A stretch of 64,000 nt of DNA from an uncultured Sangeribacter sp. (GCA_964524385.1 CAZGEX010000007.1:14487-78486), one strand, 5' to 3'. Positions 18,662-30,548 are shown, counted from the stretch's first letter. Program-made: numbers and translations. The notes: a model not told the origin generated them from the letters alone.

Positions 18662-19051
18662 TTATTGGTTTTCGCGGAGATGCAAATTCCATAAATCCTG
18701 ATATGTTATCTCACGAAGCCCCGGTGGAATTTCTCTACCTATTTTTGCATACGATGCTTCGTATCTTTTCAGAATACCCGGTTTATCATCGTTATTAAAA
18801 TTATCGGCATAGTAGGATATTTGAGCCGCATTATAAAGATGCTTAAATAATTCTTTATTTAATGCTTCGTAACATTCATCGATTTTACCTGTCGCATACA
18901 AGTATCGAGGTGTATCTGTGATTAATGTCTCTTCTTTAGCGACAACTTGTTTCAACCTTTTAATATCGTTGGTTGCCACCCAAATTTTAAAGAATAGAAT
19001 AATCACTAAAATCGACCATACTATGCTCAATATCAATAATAGTACATTCAT
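18662..19051 (-). CDS. Hypothetical small membrane protein
   Basis: 129 aa. Single N-terminal TM (LLLILSIVWSILVIILFF). No recognisable domain. Confidence 0.5.
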   Translation of the reverse strand: MNVLLLILSIVWSILVIILFFKIWVATNDIKRLKQVVAKEETLITDTPRYLYATGKIDECYEALNKELFKHLYNAAQISYYADNFNNDDKPGILKRYEASYAKIGREIPPGLREITYQDLWNLHLRENQ

Positions 19052-19068
19052 CTTGAGTTGAGTTTAAA

Positions 19069-20121
19069 TTATCGAAGTACCAACATAGCATCACCATAAG
19101 CTCCAAAAGCATATTTTTCTTTGATAGCTACGTCGTAGGCATTAAGCACATGTTCGTAACCACCAAAAGCAGCTACCATCATCAACATTGTACTGAGTGG
19201 CATATGGAAGTTGCTGACCAACGCGTTGCAAACAGTAAAGTCGTAAGGAGGGAATATAAACTTGTTGGTCCATCCTTCATAGGTCATTATATGTCCATTC
19301 ATACACACAGCACTTGCAATTCCACGAAGTACGGATGTGCCGACTGCACACACTTTTGATTCGCGATCTTTTGCAGCATTCACGATGTCGACCAAATCGC
19401 TGTCAACTACCATTTCTTCGCTATCCATACGGTGTTTTGTGAGGTCTTCCACATCTATTTCACGATAATTTCCGCGACCCGAATGAAGAGTAAGGAATGC
19501 ACGTTCCACACCTTTAATTTCCATACGTTTGAGCAATTCCCGGCTGAAATGCATACCTGCAGCCGGAGCTACCACTGCCCCCTCTTTTTGTGCAAATATA
19601 CATTGATAGCGTTCTTCATCTTCCGGCTCCACCGGACGGGTTATATAGTCCGGGAGGGGAGTTTCTCCCAACGCATATAATGCACTTTTAAACTCATCAT
19701 GAGGACCATCGTATAAGAAACGCAATGTCCGTCCGCGAGAAGTAGTATTGTCGATTACTTCCGCTACCATAGAATCGTCATTTCCCAAATATAGTTTATT
19801 ACCAATTCTTATTTTACGAGCCGGTTCGACAAGCACATCCCAAAATTTATGTTCTTTATTCAACTCACGAAGCAAGAACACTTCGATGCGAGCTCCGGTC
19901 TTCTCTTTATTGCCATAAAGACGAGCCGGGAACACTTTTGTGTCATTGAATATCATCACATCGCCTTCGTCAAAGAATTGTAATATATCTTTAAAGACAA
20001 GGTGCTGAATATCACCTGTTTTGGCATCTAAGACCATTAAGCGACATTCATCTCTGTTTTTTGAGGGATGCTGAGCTATCAGTTCATCCGGAAGTTTGAA
20101 TTTGAATTGAGACAGTTTCAT
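19069..20121 (-). CDS. queA: S-adenosylmethionine:tRNA ribosyltransferase-isomerase
   Basis: 350 aa. [19 protein letters not shown] start and typical QueA sequence throughout. Confidence 0.95.
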   Translation of the reverse strand: MKLSQFKFKLPDELIAQHPSKNRDECRLMVLDAKTGDIQHLVFKDILQFFDEGDVMIFNDTKVFPARLYGNKEKTGARIEVFLLRELNKEHKFWDVLVEPARKIRIGNKLYLGNDDSMVAEVIDNTTSRGRTLRFLYDGPHDEFKSALYALGETPLPDYITRPVEPEDEERYQCIFAQKEGAVVAPAAGMHFSRELLKRMEIKGVERAFLTLHSGRGNYREIDVEDLTKHRMDSEEMVVDSDLVDIVNAAKDRESKVCAVGTSVLRGIASAVCMNGHIMTYEGWTNKFIFPPYDFTVCNALVSNFHMPLSTMLMMVAAFGGYEHVLNAYDVAIKEKYAFGAYGDAMLVLR

Positions 20122-20173
20122 GTGGCAATCCTTTTTATATTGTTGATATTATATACTTATAGTTATCTCTTTA

Positions 20174-20887
20174 TTATTTCTGCCAATCTTCAGGGAAAGT
20201 TAATTCGACCTCATCAATTAGTTTAAGAGCATCATTTATACTTAAACAATCTGAAATCGAAATTTCACCTACACTAATACGTTGCAACCCGACAAGATGA
20301 GCTCCGCTACCGAGAGCTTCTCCGATATCGCGTGCAAGAGCTCGAATATATGTACCCTTGCTACACACCACTCTGATTTTAATAATGGGCAAACTAAATT
20401 CGAGCAATTCTATTTCGCTAATCGACAAAGGTTTGGCTTTAAGCTCCACTTCTTTCCCTTTTCGAGCATACTTATAAGCACGACGTCCATCGATTTTTAC
20501 AGCTGAGAAAATCGGTGGCACTTGCATTATAGCTCCTTGAAAACGGGCAAGAGCTTCATTTGTCATATCCTCTGTAATATGTTCGTACGGATACGTATTA
20601 TCCACTTCTGTTTCGAGATCATAACTTGGCGTAGTCGCTCCTAATCTGACTTCTGCCACATATTCTTTCTCTCCACTTTGCAACTCTTCTATTTTGCGAG
20701 TGGCTCGTCCGGTGCATACTATCAACACTCCTGTTGCAAGAGGATCAAGCGTACCGGCATGACCTACCTTGAATTTTTTTACACCTAACCGTCTTTGAAT
20801 AGCTCCTCGCAGACGCTTTACCGCATCAAAGGAAGTCCACTTCAATGGCTTATCAATAGCTATTATTTCACCTGAAACAAAATCCAT
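20174..20887 (-). CDS. truB: tRNA pseudouridine(55) synthase
   Basis: IDKPLKWTSFD and GHAGTLDPLATGVL catalytic Asp motif. ATG at 20887; the ORF-track start at 20890 is GTG. Confidence 0.95.
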   Translation of the reverse strand: MDFVSGEIIAIDKPLKWTSFDAVKRLRGAIQRRLGVKKFKVGHAGTLDPLATGVLIVCTGRATRKIEELQSGEKEYVAEVRLGATTPSYDLETEVDNTYPYEHITEDMTNEALARFQGAIMQVPPIFSAVKIDGRRAYKYARKGKEVELKAKPLSISEIELLEFSLPIIKIRVVCSKGTYIRALARDIGEALGSGAHLVGLQRISVGEISISDCLSINDALKLIDEVELTFPEDWQK

Positions 20888-20909
20888 CACACTACATTAA
20901 TTTATTGCT

Positions 20910-21743
20910 TTACCATATTATGCAAATCACTCCGACAATCAGGCAATATAGAGCAAACCAAATCAACTTGCCTTTTTTTACAATATTTATCATCCATTTG
21001 CACGCTGCACATCCTACTAAAAATGAGGATATAAACCCTATTATTAGTGGTACTATACCGACAGTTTGACTTGCTAATTCCGAAGTTTCAGCACCTAACA
21101 TATCTTTTAAGTCCAACAACGCTTCACCTAATATTGGCAACACGACCATTAAGAATGAAAATGAAGCTACTTGACCACGTTTATCGCCAAGCAATATCCC
21201 TGTGGCAATGGTAGTTCCGGAACGACTTAATCCCGGCAAGACAGCTATCGCTTGCGAGCATCCTATTATAAATGCATCCCACCATGATATATCTCTACCT
21301 TTGTCGGCCGAAACCACTTGTTTGGTTTTACGGTCAAATCCTGAATAATAAGCAAATGAGAGCAACATCGCTGTCACGCAAAGACAAATTCCAACAGTAA
21401 ACAAACCATTTCCGAAGAATTGTTCTACGTAATCTTTGAAAAACACGCCAACAATCCCCACAGGCACACATGACAGCAATATTTTACACACATAGTAAAA
21501 ATCATTGTCACGTTTAAATGTAAAAAAGCTTTTACACAATTTACTGAACACTGGCCAAAGAATTACCAACGTACTACACACCGTCGCAGCATGAACTATC
21601 ACATCAAACTGCAATGTTTTATCGGCAGGCAAATCTAAGCCAAGTATCTCTCTACATATTTCCAAATGTCCGCTTGAGCTAATCGGCAAATATTCCGATA
21701 GACCTTGCACTATACCTAAAATCAATGCTTGTAACCAATCCAT
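20910..21743 (-). CDS. uppP: Undecaprenyl-diphosphate phosphatase
   Basis: 277 aa. GLSEYLPISSSGHL and PGLSRSG motifs, polytopic membrane protein. Confidence 0.95.
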   Translation of the reverse strand: MDWLQALILGIVQGLSEYLPISSSGHLEICREILGLDLPADKTLQFDVIVHAATVCSTLVILWPVFSKLCKSFFTFKRDNDFYYVCKILLSCVPVGIVGVFFKDYVEQFFGNGLFTVGICLCVTAMLLSFAYYSGFDRKTKQVVSADKGRDISWWDAFIIGCSQAIAVLPGLSRSGTTIATGILLGDKRGQVASFSFLMVVLPILGEALLDLKDMLGAETSELASQTVGIVPLIIGFISSFLVGCAACKWMINIVKKGKLIWFALYCLIVGVICIIW

Positions 21744-21759
21744 GAGATTTCAGTTAAAA

Positions 21760-22074
21760 TTAGTTTTTACTCTTCTTGGGAGTATAAATTATTGCAAAAG
21801 CCATTCCTAAAAAACCTAAAAACGCCAATGACGGCGCTACTACTGTGCGTAGCGAACTGAATATATCCGGATTGAATCCCTCTTCTACACTGCTACCTTT
21901 ACCGACCATAAGTACAAAACCTATTACAATCAATGCTACACAAACAAGCATTAATATAATATTTATTCGTGAAAATGGGCGACAATTTTGCTGTATAATA
22001 TTGTTTTCGCCTCCGGATTGTTGTGAAGTCGCTGTGGATGTTCCACCCGACTTGCTGTTGTTTGTTGTTGCCAT
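21760..22074 (-). CDS. DUF3098-like small membrane protein
   Basis: 104 aa with two TM segments. Sits in the conserved Bacteroidetes position between ftsX and uppP. Confidence 0.65.
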   Translation of the reverse strand: MATTNNSKSGGTSTATSQQSGGENNIIQQNCRPFSRINIILMLVCVALIVIGFVLMVGKGSSVEEGFNPDIFSSLRTVVAPSLAFLGFLGMAFAIIYTPKKSKN

Positions 22075-22085
22075 TCTATCTAAAG

Positions 22086-22964
22086 TTATCTAAACAATTC
22101 GTCGTATTTTTTTCTAAGATATTTATTCGTTGCCATCCAAGCCGCTATACCACATATCAGTGAAGATAGAAGGAATAAAGCGACAAATATAATTAACACA
22201 CTTTCCCAATTCAAATAGTCGGAAAAATCAGGTATTCCTGAATCACTGACGTAAAACACCACACCTGACAACAACACACATGCCACTGCCGATGAGATAA
22301 GCCCTGCCAAAAGATTATTTTTGATGAAAGGACGTCGAATAAATCCATTTGTTGCACCGACAAGCTGCATTGTGTGAATTGTAAATCGTTTGGCATAGAT
22401 TGTCAAATGCACGGTATTATTTATCAGTACAAACGAAATTATAATCAGTGCCAACGCAATTACACCCATAATAATACTCCACCATTCTATCGTGCTATTC
22501 ATCTTATTTACCATTTCAGAATCAGGCACCACCACTTCTGCCACTTCTTCAAACGAGGCTAATTCGCTTTTGATGACTGCAATACTATCCGGATGCGTAA
22601 AATCAGCTTTTAGAGTCAGACTGATTTCCGGCGACAATGGGTTGCAACCTGCTATTTCCATAAGATTATCCCCTGTCTGCTTTTCCCAATCAGCCAATGC
22701 ATCTTCTTTGCTTATGAAATTACTTGAATTAACATAGCGTTTTGATTGTAACTCTGTCAACAATGGCATTGCTTGTTCGTTTTCGACATTATCTGCCATT
22801 ATCAGACTGATTTCTATCTGCTGTTTTATTTGCTTGGTGGCATTAGAGGCACTGATTGAAATCATTGCAATTACACCCACTATTATCAATACTAAACTGA
22901 CACTTATGATTGTCGGCAAATGTGCTGTGAAATATGATATTTTAGCTTCCTTTGTTTCTTTCAT
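22086..22964 (-). CDS. ftsX: Cell division protein FtsX-like permease
   Basis: 292 aa. N-terminal TM, periplasmic domain and a C-terminal 3-TM FtsX module. Confidence 0.85.
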   Translation of the reverse strand: MKETKEAKISYFTAHLPTIISVSLVLIIVGVIAMISISASNATKQIKQQIEISLIMADNVENEQAMPLLTELQSKRYVNSSNFISKEDALADWEKQTGDNLMEIAGCNPLSPEISLTLKADFTHPDSIAVIKSELASFEEVAEVVVPDSEMVNKMNSTIEWWSIIMGVIALALIIISFVLINNTVHLTIYAKRFTIHTMQLVGATNGFIRRPFIKNNLLAGLISSAVACVLLSGVVFYVSDSGIPDFSDYLNWESVLIIFVALFLLSSLICGIAAWMATNKYLRKKYDELFR

Positions 22965-23137
22965 TTTGATATAGAGATGGCTTTAATTTGCAAAGTTAAT
23001 AAATCAACACCCCCATTGTCAAGTATTTAACGTAAAAAAAACAAATTTAACATTCAAAAAAGATGTCGAATATGAATTTCGACATCTTTTTTACGGTATT
23101 AAAATATTGTATGTTTAGACTTTTTACTGTCTGTCAA

Positions 23138-23734
23138 TTATTTTTTACGGCTTTTTTGACCGGTTTTTGCCTCAATACCAACTGCTATTTCCGCAAATAT
23201 TTCATCCACAACACCTTTACCATTAATTGCGATATATTTACCTTCTGAGATATAATATTCCTTGAGAGGCATAGTTTGATTTCGATAGACATCCATACGA
23301 TTTTTTATTGTATCGATATTGTCATCAGCTCGTCCTGCTTGCTTTCCGCGTTTAAGCATTCTATCAAACAACTCTTCTTCAGGCACTTCCAACCCTATTA
23401 CGGCATGTAACTCAGTATCACGCTTTTTGAGGAGTACTTTTAAAGCTTCTGCTTGTGGAATTGTGCGTGGGAAGCCATCAAATACTACTCCCAACTTCCC
23501 GTTCATATTTTTTTCCAATACATCGTCTAATATCTGAATCATCAGTTCATCGGGTATTAAATTTCCCTTAGAGATGTATGAATCTGCTATTTTTCCGAGT
23601 TCGGATTGTTGCGAAATTTGAGTTCTAAGCACTTCTCCGGTCGAGATATGGTATAATCCATATTCGTCAATCAATTTTGCACTTTGTGTGCCTTTACCGC
23701 TTCCCGGAGCTCCGAATATCACTAAATTCAACAT
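23138..23734 (-). CDS. adk: Adenylate kinase
   Basis: FGAPGSGKGTQS P-loop and short-LID type. Confidence 0.95.
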   Translation of the reverse strand: MLNLVIFGAPGSGKGTQSAKLIDEYGLYHISTGEVLRTQISQQSELGKIADSYISKGNLIPDELMIQILDDVLEKNMNGKLGVVFDGFPRTIPQAEALKVLLKKRDTELHAVIGLEVPEEELFDRMLKRGKQAGRADDNIDTIKNRMDVYRNQTMPLKEYYISEGKYIAINGKGVVDEIFAEIAVGIEAKTGQKSRKK

Positions 23735-23746
23735 TTTTATATATTT

Positions 23747-24301
23747 TTAATCATCATAATCTTCTGTATTCACATATATATCCGGAAGGTTTCTAACTTT
23801 TCCGTCAAGATCAAGCCCATAACCAATAATAAATTTTGGTTCTATCGCAAATGCGACATAATCGGGGACAAATCCTGTTTTTGAACTTTCCGGCTTGTGT
23901 AGCAATGTGGCGAATTTTATCCTATTAGGATTTTTCTTTTGTAGTTCTTCCACCATTTTAACAGCAGTCAAACCTGTATCGACAATATCCTCTATTATAA
24001 CCACATCTTTTCCCTCAATATTTTCAGTAAGCCCAAGCATAGTTTTTACACTTCCTGTTGATGATGTCCCACTATAGCTGGAATATCTTACAAAATTTAT
24101 TGTTGACGTATTGATTCCAATCTCGCGATAGAGGTCGGCAGCAAACATAAATGCTCCATTTAGCACACAAACAAACACCGGAGAACTGTCAGCGAAATCT
24201 CTGCGGATTTCTTCAGCAACTCGCTTCACCTGCTTTTGAATCTCTTCCCGACTTATGTATGGGACAAAAGTCAGACCATTTACAGTCAATCGATTTTCCA
24301 T
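23747..24301 (-). CDS. hpt: Hypoxanthine phosphoribosyltransferase
   Basis: VVIIEDIVDTGLT PRPP-binding motif, 184 aa. Confidence 0.9.
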   Translation of the reverse strand: MENRLTVNGLTFVPYISREEIQKQVKRVAEEIRRDFADSSPVFVCVLNGAFMFAADLYREIGINTSTINFVRYSSYSGTSSTGSVKTMLGLTENIEGKDVVIIEDIVDTGLTAVKMVEELQKKNPNRIKFATLLHKPESSKTGFVPDYVAFAIEPKFIIGYGLDLDGKVRNLPDIYVNTEDYDD

Positions 24302-24420
24302 TTAGCATAAAAAAATTTGGCACAAAATTAACGAATATTTTTTAAATTTCCAATCACATCCTCGCTCTTTTATTATTCTTTAGCTTTTTAGTTACTATTT
24401 CATACCTATAATTCTTTGAT

Positions 24421-24460
24421 AAAAAAACAGTGTCGCAAGTTTGTTGTAACCTTGCGACAC
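24421..24460 (-). terminator. Rho-independent terminator after the C69 dipeptidase gene
   Basis: gtgtcgcaag/cttgcgacac 10-bp perfect stem (24430-24439 / 24451-24460), followed on the minus strand by T7. Confidence 0.7.
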
Positions 24461-24518
24461 AATCATCTATGATGTAAAAAAAATTACAATTTTGATTTAA
24501 CAATCCGATTCCGACAGA

Positions 24519-26198
24519 TTATTTTTTTAATGGTGCTATATTTTTGCCTTTGTTGATAAAATGTTCACCTGTTGCTTTCACAATATTTTCATAGTATTCC
24601 TTATTATATCCCGGGAAATCAGGAGTCAAAGCTACACCATATTCTGTGCGAAGGAAATTGCCTTTGTCATCGACTTTCTTTACATTTCCATCTATAAATT
24701 TCACTAATAAATATTGTCCTAATTCACGATAAGCAGTTGTTGCTTCTTTAGCCACATCCGCACCTTGTTTGTTGACTGCTGTTATAAATGCAGAATGGTC
24801 GGTTGCGAGCAATTTTTGCAATTCTTTTTCAACCTCTTCTCTGCCATTTTGGAATTTGCTTTCCAATCCGTTTTGCACCTTTCTCACATCAGGAATCATA
24901 AGGTCATAACGATTATATGCTTGATTTGCCACCCAATTTGTCATCCAAAAATTAGAATCCCAAGAGAATGTAAGCATATCTCCGTTGCCATGTCTCACTT
25001 CGTAAGGTATTTGTGTCATTGAGCAATAGAATGGCATATAAACACAAGTATTTGCATCATCTGTTCCAAACCAAACGACTCCGCCCACAGCATCGGGAAG
25101 ATAAGAACGAGATTGGCTCACGAAACTCCAACCGGTCTGTTGTGTAGCAATAGCACGCTCATGAACATATGTTCTACCGTCTACATCATAACCCATTGGA
25201 CGCCATCTGTAAGGCACTTTATTAGGACCGGCTCCAAGATCGTTATTCATATCGAAAGGAGTATCTTCAAAATGGTCTCTCATTCTCTCTTGCATATCGG
25301 CAAGCGATACTTTACGATCAGGTATTACATAAAGAGGCATCGGCTCGTCTGATTCACCATTACACCATGCAAAATATTTTTCAGCATCTTTATTGAATCG
25401 GCGGAAGAATGACCATACTCGAGCATCGCATTGACGTAATGCACCATAATCCCATTCGCCGTATGTCATTGCGAATGAAAAATCCTCTTTCTTACCATCA
25501 AACCATCCTCGTTTGCGAGCAAATTCTACTACATCCTTGGAATATCTGACATTATTTTTATCTTTCCAATCGATTTTATGAATTCGTGGATGATTGGCAT
25601 GTCCGGAAATTGCATTATCGGGAATTCGCACAGCTACCCACACAGCACCTTTTTCAGCACCTTTACCAATGAGTTCCATTACCCACACTTCATTTTTATC
25701 AGCAATAGAGAATGACTCTCCACTACTTGCATAGCCATATTTTTCCACTAAGTCGGTCATCACATCGATTGCTTCGCGAGCGGTTTTGGAACGCTGTAAT
25801 GCCACATAGATAAGCGAGCCATAGTCCATAATGCTATTTCCTGTAGTATCGACCAATTCCTCTCTTCCACCCCATGTACTTTCAGCAATTACAACTTGAA
25901 ATTCATTCATATTTCCGACCACATTATATGTCTGTTCCACTTCAGGAATTTCACCGAGAGGTTTACCGGTATCCCATTCTACAATTTTACGCATTGTACC
26001 CGGCAAATGTCGTGCTGCCGGCTGATGATATAGTTCGCCGTAGAGAGTATGTGAGTCTGCTGCATAAGTTACCATTACAGAAGAATCTGTTGTAGCATCC
26101 TTACCTGCTATCAAATTTGTACACGCATCGACTTCCACCATAGGAGACATTGTGAATAATACCAATATTGGCAATAATTGTTTTTTCATGATTGTCAT
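24519..26198 (-). CDS. Peptidase family C69 dipeptidase, secreted
   Basis: Signal peptide followed by the nucleophile context DACTNLIAGKDAT. Length and sequence are typical of C69 dipeptidases. An alternative start MKKQ is at 26189. Confidence 0.85.
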   Translation of the reverse strand: MTIMKKQLLPILVLFTMSPMVEVDACTNLIAGKDATTDSSVMVTYAADSHTLYGELYHQPAARHLPGTMRKIVEWDTGKPLGEIPEVEQTYNVVGNMNEFQVVIAESTWGGREELVDTTGNSIMDYGSLIYVALQRSKTAREAIDVMTDLVEKYGYASSGESFSIADKNEVWVMELIGKGAEKGAVWVAVRIPDNAISGHANHPRIHKIDWKDKNNVRYSKDVVEFARKRGWFDGKKEDFSFAMTYGEWDYGALRQCDARVWSFFRRFNKDAEKYFAWCNGESDEPMPLYVIPDRKVSLADMQERMRDHFEDTPFDMNNDLGAGPNKVPYRWRPMGYDVDGRTYVHERAIATQQTGWSFVSQSRSYLPDAVGGVVWFGTDDANTCVYMPFYCSMTQIPYEVRHGNGDMLTFSWDSNFWMTNWVANQAYNRYDLMIPDVRKVQNGLESKFQNGREEVEKELQKLLATDHSAFITAVNKQGADVAKEATTAYRELGQYLLVKFIDGNVKKVDDKGNFLRTEYGVALTPDFPGYNKEYYENIVKATGEHFINKGKNIAPLKK

Positions 26199-26395
26199 AT
26201 AAATTTGAATTTAGATTTATCAAAAAAATAAAATTTACCGTACGAAATTACAATATTTTACAGACTTCTCCAAAAAAGTTATAGATTTATAAAGATTTAT
26301 GATTAATTTTGTGGAGAATTATCAATTTGGAATAATATCGTCTTACCGATAATCGTGTGATTCGATAGTAATCCATTATCACCAAATTTAAACGA

Positions 26396-28321
26396 ATGAC
26401 GACATTTGACCATTTAGGAATTAGAGAAGACATCCTCAAAGCCATTAAAGAACTTGGTTTTGAAACACCAATGCCTATACAAGAGATGGTAATTCCACAC
26501 CTTTTGGAAAAGGACGGCGACGTAGTAGGCTTGGCTCAAACAGGGACCGGGAAAACAGCCGCATTCGGGCTGCCCGTACTACAACGCATCGATTATTCTA
26601 AAGAGATACCACAAGCCCTCATCATAGCACCGACTCGCGAATTATGTCTTCAAATAGCAGGCGACCTCGCAGATTTTGCAAAATATATTGATAATTTACG
26701 AATTCTTCCTGTCTATGGGGGGTCAAGCATCGAAAGCCAAATCCGCTCTCTAAAGAAAGGGGTGCAAGTAATAGTTGCCACTCCGGGTCGTTTGATCGAC
26801 TTGATTAAACGCTCTGTCGTCAATCTTTCAGACATACACACTGTGATTCTTGACGAAGCAGATGAAATGCTGAATATGGGATTCTTAGATGATATTAACG
26901 AAATTCTATCCTACGTTCCTTCAGAGAGAAAAATGTTGATGTTCTCTGCCACTATGCCCAAAGAAATTGCAGGCATAGCCAAACAATTTATGAACAATCC
27001 GGTGGAATTCGTTGCCGGGACAAGAAACGAAGGTGCAAAGAATGTAAAACACATTTACTATCTTGTAAAAGCCCAAGATAAATATTTAGCACTCAAACGC
27101 ATAGCTGACAACAACCCAAATATTTACGGCATAATCTTCTGTCGCACCCGTAAAGAAACGCAAGAAATTGCCGACAAACTTATCGCTGACGGTTATAATG
27201 CAGATTGTCTGCACGGCGACCTCTCTCAAGCCCAACGCGACTTTGCCATGAAAAAATTTCGCGACCACAACACTCGTTTGCTTGTTGCCACTGATGTCGC
27301 TGCAAGAGGGCTTGACGTCGATGACTTGACACATGTAGTCAATTTTGGATTACCCGATGATGTGGCTGTATACACTCACCGTTCGGGGCGTACAGGTCGA
27401 GCCAACAAAACCGGTGTTTCTATTGCAATACTACACTCTCGTGAAAAGGGCAAACTGAAAATTATCGAAAAGAAGATTGGCAAGACTTTCGAACTTAAGC
27501 AAGTTCCAACACCGGAGCATATCATCGAAAAACAACTTTACAATCTCGCTGACCGCCTTGAACGTGTGGAAGTCAATGAAGATGAGATGAGCAAATATTT
27601 TACCGGGGTAAAGAAAAAATTAGATTGGCTGACCGGCGAAGATCTCCTCAAACGTGTCTTGTCATTGGAATTTAATCGATTACTCCAATATTATAAAGAT
27701 ATGCCCAATATCGATTTAAACGACTCTTCAAAAAAAGAAGATAAGAAATCGAATGAAAAGAAAGACAAAAATCGACGTGTGGCAGAATCAGGCTATGAAA
27801 GAATATATCTTAACATAGGCAAATCTCAAGGTTTCTTCCCCGGCACCCTCATGGACACTATCAACAAAAATTGCAATGGAGGTCATCCGGAAATAGGTCG
27901 AATCGATTTGCTATCAGACTACATTCTTTTCGATGTAAAGAAATCTGATGCTCAAATGGTTATTAAAGGATTAAAAAATGCAGACTTCTATGGCACTCGT
28001 CTTTACGCAGAAATAGCTGACCCGATTAAAGACTATTCTAATTCAAAACAGAAAGGCAGAAATAGAAAATTCAACGACTCTCCTACTCGAAAAGGGGGTA
28101 AAGAATCACTTATCAACGAGAAAAGAACAAAATCGAATCAAACCGACAAAGCAAAAAACGTCAAAGAAAAATCTCGCAAACAAAATCAACTTCCACCAAT
28201 CGACTTTTTTGACGACTTTCCAAGAATATCGAAAAAGGCAAAAAAACGTCAAGACAAATCAGAGAAATCATCATCTAAGAAGCATGGCAATTTCGACATA
28301 TTTATAAAAAAGAAAAAATGA
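26396..28321 (+). CDS. DEAD-box ATP-dependent RNA helicase with DbpA-type RNA-binding domain and Lys-rich tail
   Basis: AQTGTGKT, DEAD, SAT and HRSGRTGR motifs, C-terminal DbpA-like domain, then a highly basic K/S/N tail. Confidence 0.9.
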   Translation: MTTFDHLGIREDILKAIKELGFETPMPIQEMVIPHLLEKDGDVVGLAQTGTGKTAAFGLPVLQRIDYSKEIPQALIIAPTRELCLQIAGDLADFAKYIDNLRILPVYGGSSIESQIRSLKKGVQVIVATPGRLIDLIKRSVVNLSDIHTVILDEADEMLNMGFLDDINEILSYVPSERKMLMFSATMPKEIAGIAKQFMNNPVEFVAGTRNEGAKNVKHIYYLVKAQDKYLALKRIADNNPNIYGIIFCRTRKETQEIADKLIADGYNADCLHGDLSQAQRDFAMKKFRDHNTRLLVATDVAARGLDVDDLTHVVNFGLPDDVAVYTHRSGRTGRANKTGVSIAILHSREKGKLKIIEKKIGKTFELKQVPTPEHIIEKQLYNLADRLERVEVNEDEMSKYFTGVKKKLDWLTGEDLLKRVLSLEFNRLLQYYKDMPNIDLNDSSKKEDKKSNEKKDKNRRVAESGYERIYLNIGKSQGFFPGTLMDTINKNCNGGHPEIGRIDLLSDYILFDVKKSDAQMVIKGLKNADFYGTRLYAEIADPIKDYSNSKQKGRNRKFNDSPTRKGGKESLINEKRTKSNQTDKAKNVKEKSRKQNQLPPIDFFDDFPRISKKAKKRQDKSEKSSSKKHGNFDIFIKKKK

Positions 28322-28995
28322 ATAAAATCTTTTTAATATCGACATTTCTGCTTTTTGCGTTTCTATCTTACGCAAAAACTTCCACAAATCCCGGTGACAC
28401 AAAATCAGGTCAATTACTCGCAAAGGATGTATTTATCAACATCACAACAAGCGAATACGAAATCTTAAAAAAGGATAACAGACTTGATATGTGCGACTAT
28501 TACACACAAGCCGACAGTATTTGGCACTCCCCAAACGAACTCGGTGGCACTTCGCATATTGATACCCTGACCACCGATTTTTGCAAAGTCAAAATATCGG
28601 ATGCAAGTTCTTTAACTATTCGCTTGCTTCCACAGGACAAAAAGGATTCTATTGTCGCAATTATAAACACCATTTATGGTCCGGCAGCAGATAGTAGTCT
28701 GTCGTTTGTAAATAGCTCCTTAGAGCCGCTACCGACAAAAAAATATTTCACTCAACCAAAGTTAAAGGATTTTTTCGATCTTCCCAAAGGATGTCTAACA
28801 ACTATGGACGAAATAGAAAATATGATCGGCTTCACAGCAATTGAATATTCTATCAATCCTGAATCTACCGATCTTATTGCACGCCTTTCAATTGGCGATT
28901 ATATCAATCAAGATGACTACAACATCATAAAAATATTCCTCATTGACAAATTAGTCTATAAATGGGATGGTAAAAAATACAAACAAGTAAAATAA
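28318..28995 (+). CDS. Hypothetical secreted protein (possibly DUF3256 family)
   Basis: 225 aa with a signal peptide. 4-nt overlap with the helicase stop. The family assignment is from memory only. Confidence 0.5.
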   Translation: MNKIFLISTFLLFAFLSYAKTSTNPGDTKSGQLLAKDVFINITTSEYEILKKDNRLDMCDYYTQADSIWHSPNELGGTSHIDTLTTDFCKVKISDASSLTIRLLPQDKKDSIVAIINTIYGPAADSSLSFVNSSLEPLPTKKYFTQPKLKDFFDLPKGCLTTMDEIENMIGFTAIEYSINPESTDLIARLSIGDYINQDDYNIIKIFLIDKLVYKWDGKKYKQVK

Positions 28996-29016
28996 CAATA
29001 TCAAGACAATTATATT

Positions 29017-30537
29017 ATGGAAAGAAAAGTAAGAGTAAGATTTGCACCATCACCGACAGGTCCACTTCACATAGGCGGTGTGCGTACAGCTTTATACAAT
29101 TATCTATTCGCCCGTCAAAATGACGGTGATATGATACTACGTATAGAAGACACCGACAGCCAACGTTTTGTGCCGGGAGCAGAAGATTACATCAACGAAT
29201 CGCTCAAATGGCTCGGAATCGGGATTGATGAAGGTGTAAGAGAAGGTGGCGACTATGGACCATATAAACAAAGCGAACGCAAGGAAATCTATAAGAAATA
29301 TGTAGACCAACTTCTTAATGACGATAAAGCATACATCGCATTTGATACTCCGGAAGAGCTAAACGCAGCTCGCGAGGCACAAGCCAATTTTCAATACGAC
29401 GCTTCAACTCGCAACTCTATGCGAAATTCATTGACTTTAAGTAAAGAAGAAGTCGAAGCCCTTATCAACGATGGCACACAATATGTGGTACGTTTTAAAA
29501 TTGAGCCAAACAATGATGTAGAAGTAGATGATTTAATTCGTGGCAAAGTAATCATTAATTCTTCAATTCTCGACGACAAAGTGCTTTACAAAAGTGCAGA
29601 CAATCTTCCAACTTACCATTTGGCAAATATTGTCGATGACCACTTGATGGAAGTCACTCACGTAATTCGAGGCGAAGAATGGTTGCCTTCTGCTCCGTTG
29701 CACAAACTATTGTACCAAGCATTCGGTTGGGAAGATACAATGCCACAATTTGTGCATCTTCCACTATTGCTAAAACCTGTAGGCAACGGCAAACTAAGCA
29801 AACGCGACGGCGATAAATTAGGATTCCCCGTATTCCCTCTCGAATGGCATGATCCTAAATCAGGTGAAATCTCAAGTGGATACCGCGAGAAAGGTTACTT
29901 GCCGGAAGCTGTAGTGAATTTCCTCGCATTGTTAGGTTGGAATCCGGGCGATGACACAGAATTGATGACAATGGATGAACTTATCAAAAAATTCTCGTTT
30001 GCACATTGTTCGAAAAGCGGAGCTAAATTCGACTATCAAAAAGGCATCTGGTTCAACCACGAATACCTTATCAAAATGGACGATGAAGCCCTCGCACAAT
30101 TGTTCATTCCTGTACTCATAGAAAATGGTGTTGAAAATCCCGACTTAACCTATACAGCAAAAGCTGTCAGCATGATCAAAGGTCGTATCAATTTCGTACG
30201 CGACCTCTGGGAACAAGGTGATTTCTTCTTCAAAGCTCCTGAAACATACGCAGAAAAAGATGTAAAAAAACGTTGGGGCGAAGACACTCCGCGAATTATG
30301 GCAGAACTTATCGAAGTGATTCGTCAAATTGACGATATGACATCAGCCAACGCAGAAAAAATCGTACTCGATTGGATTGCATCAAAGGAATATCATCTTG
30401 GAAACGTGATGAATGCATTCCGACTTGCAATAGTAGGTGCTTGCCGTGGACCTCACATGTTTGACATCACAGAATTGATGCCTAAAGAAGAGGTCATCAA
30501 ACGTATCAACAACGCAATCGACAACATTAAAAAGTAA
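29017..30537 (+). CDS. gltX: Glutamate--tRNA ligase
   Basis: [14 protein letters not shown] (HIGH) and KLSKRD (KMSKS) motifs. Confidence 0.95.
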   Translation: MERKVRVRFAPSPTGPLHIGGVRTALYNYLFARQNDGDMILRIEDTDSQRFVPGAEDYINESLKWLGIGIDEGVREGGDYGPYKQSERKEIYKKYVDQLLNDDKAYIAFDTPEELNAAREAQANFQYDASTRNSMRNSLTLSKEEVEALINDGTQYVVRFKIEPNNDVEVDDLIRGKVIINSSILDDKVLYKSADNLPTYHLANIVDDHLMEVTHVIRGEEWLPSAPLHKLLYQAFGWEDTMPQFVHLPLLLKPVGNGKLSKRDGDKLGFPVFPLEWHDPKSGEISSGYREKGYLPEAVVNFLALLGWNPGDDTELMTMDELIKKFSFAHCSKSGAKFDYQKGIWFNHEYLIKMDDEALAQLFIPVLIENGVENPDLTYTAKAVSMIKGRINFVRDLWEQGDFFFKAPETYAEKDVKKRWGEDTPRIMAELIEVIRQIDDMTSANAEKIVLDWIASKEYHLGNVMNAFRLAIVGACRGPHMFDITELMPKEEVIKRINNAIDNIKK

Positions 30538-30548
30538 CAAACGAAACG

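Noticed and set aside
18514-18798. 94-aa ORF beginning in direct repeat B, copy 2
   Set aside because: It has a non-ATG start in a frame different from the duplicated gene fragment, and it overlaps the better-supported minus-strand membrane protein gene 18662-19051. The region is a remnant 3' gene end plus terminator.
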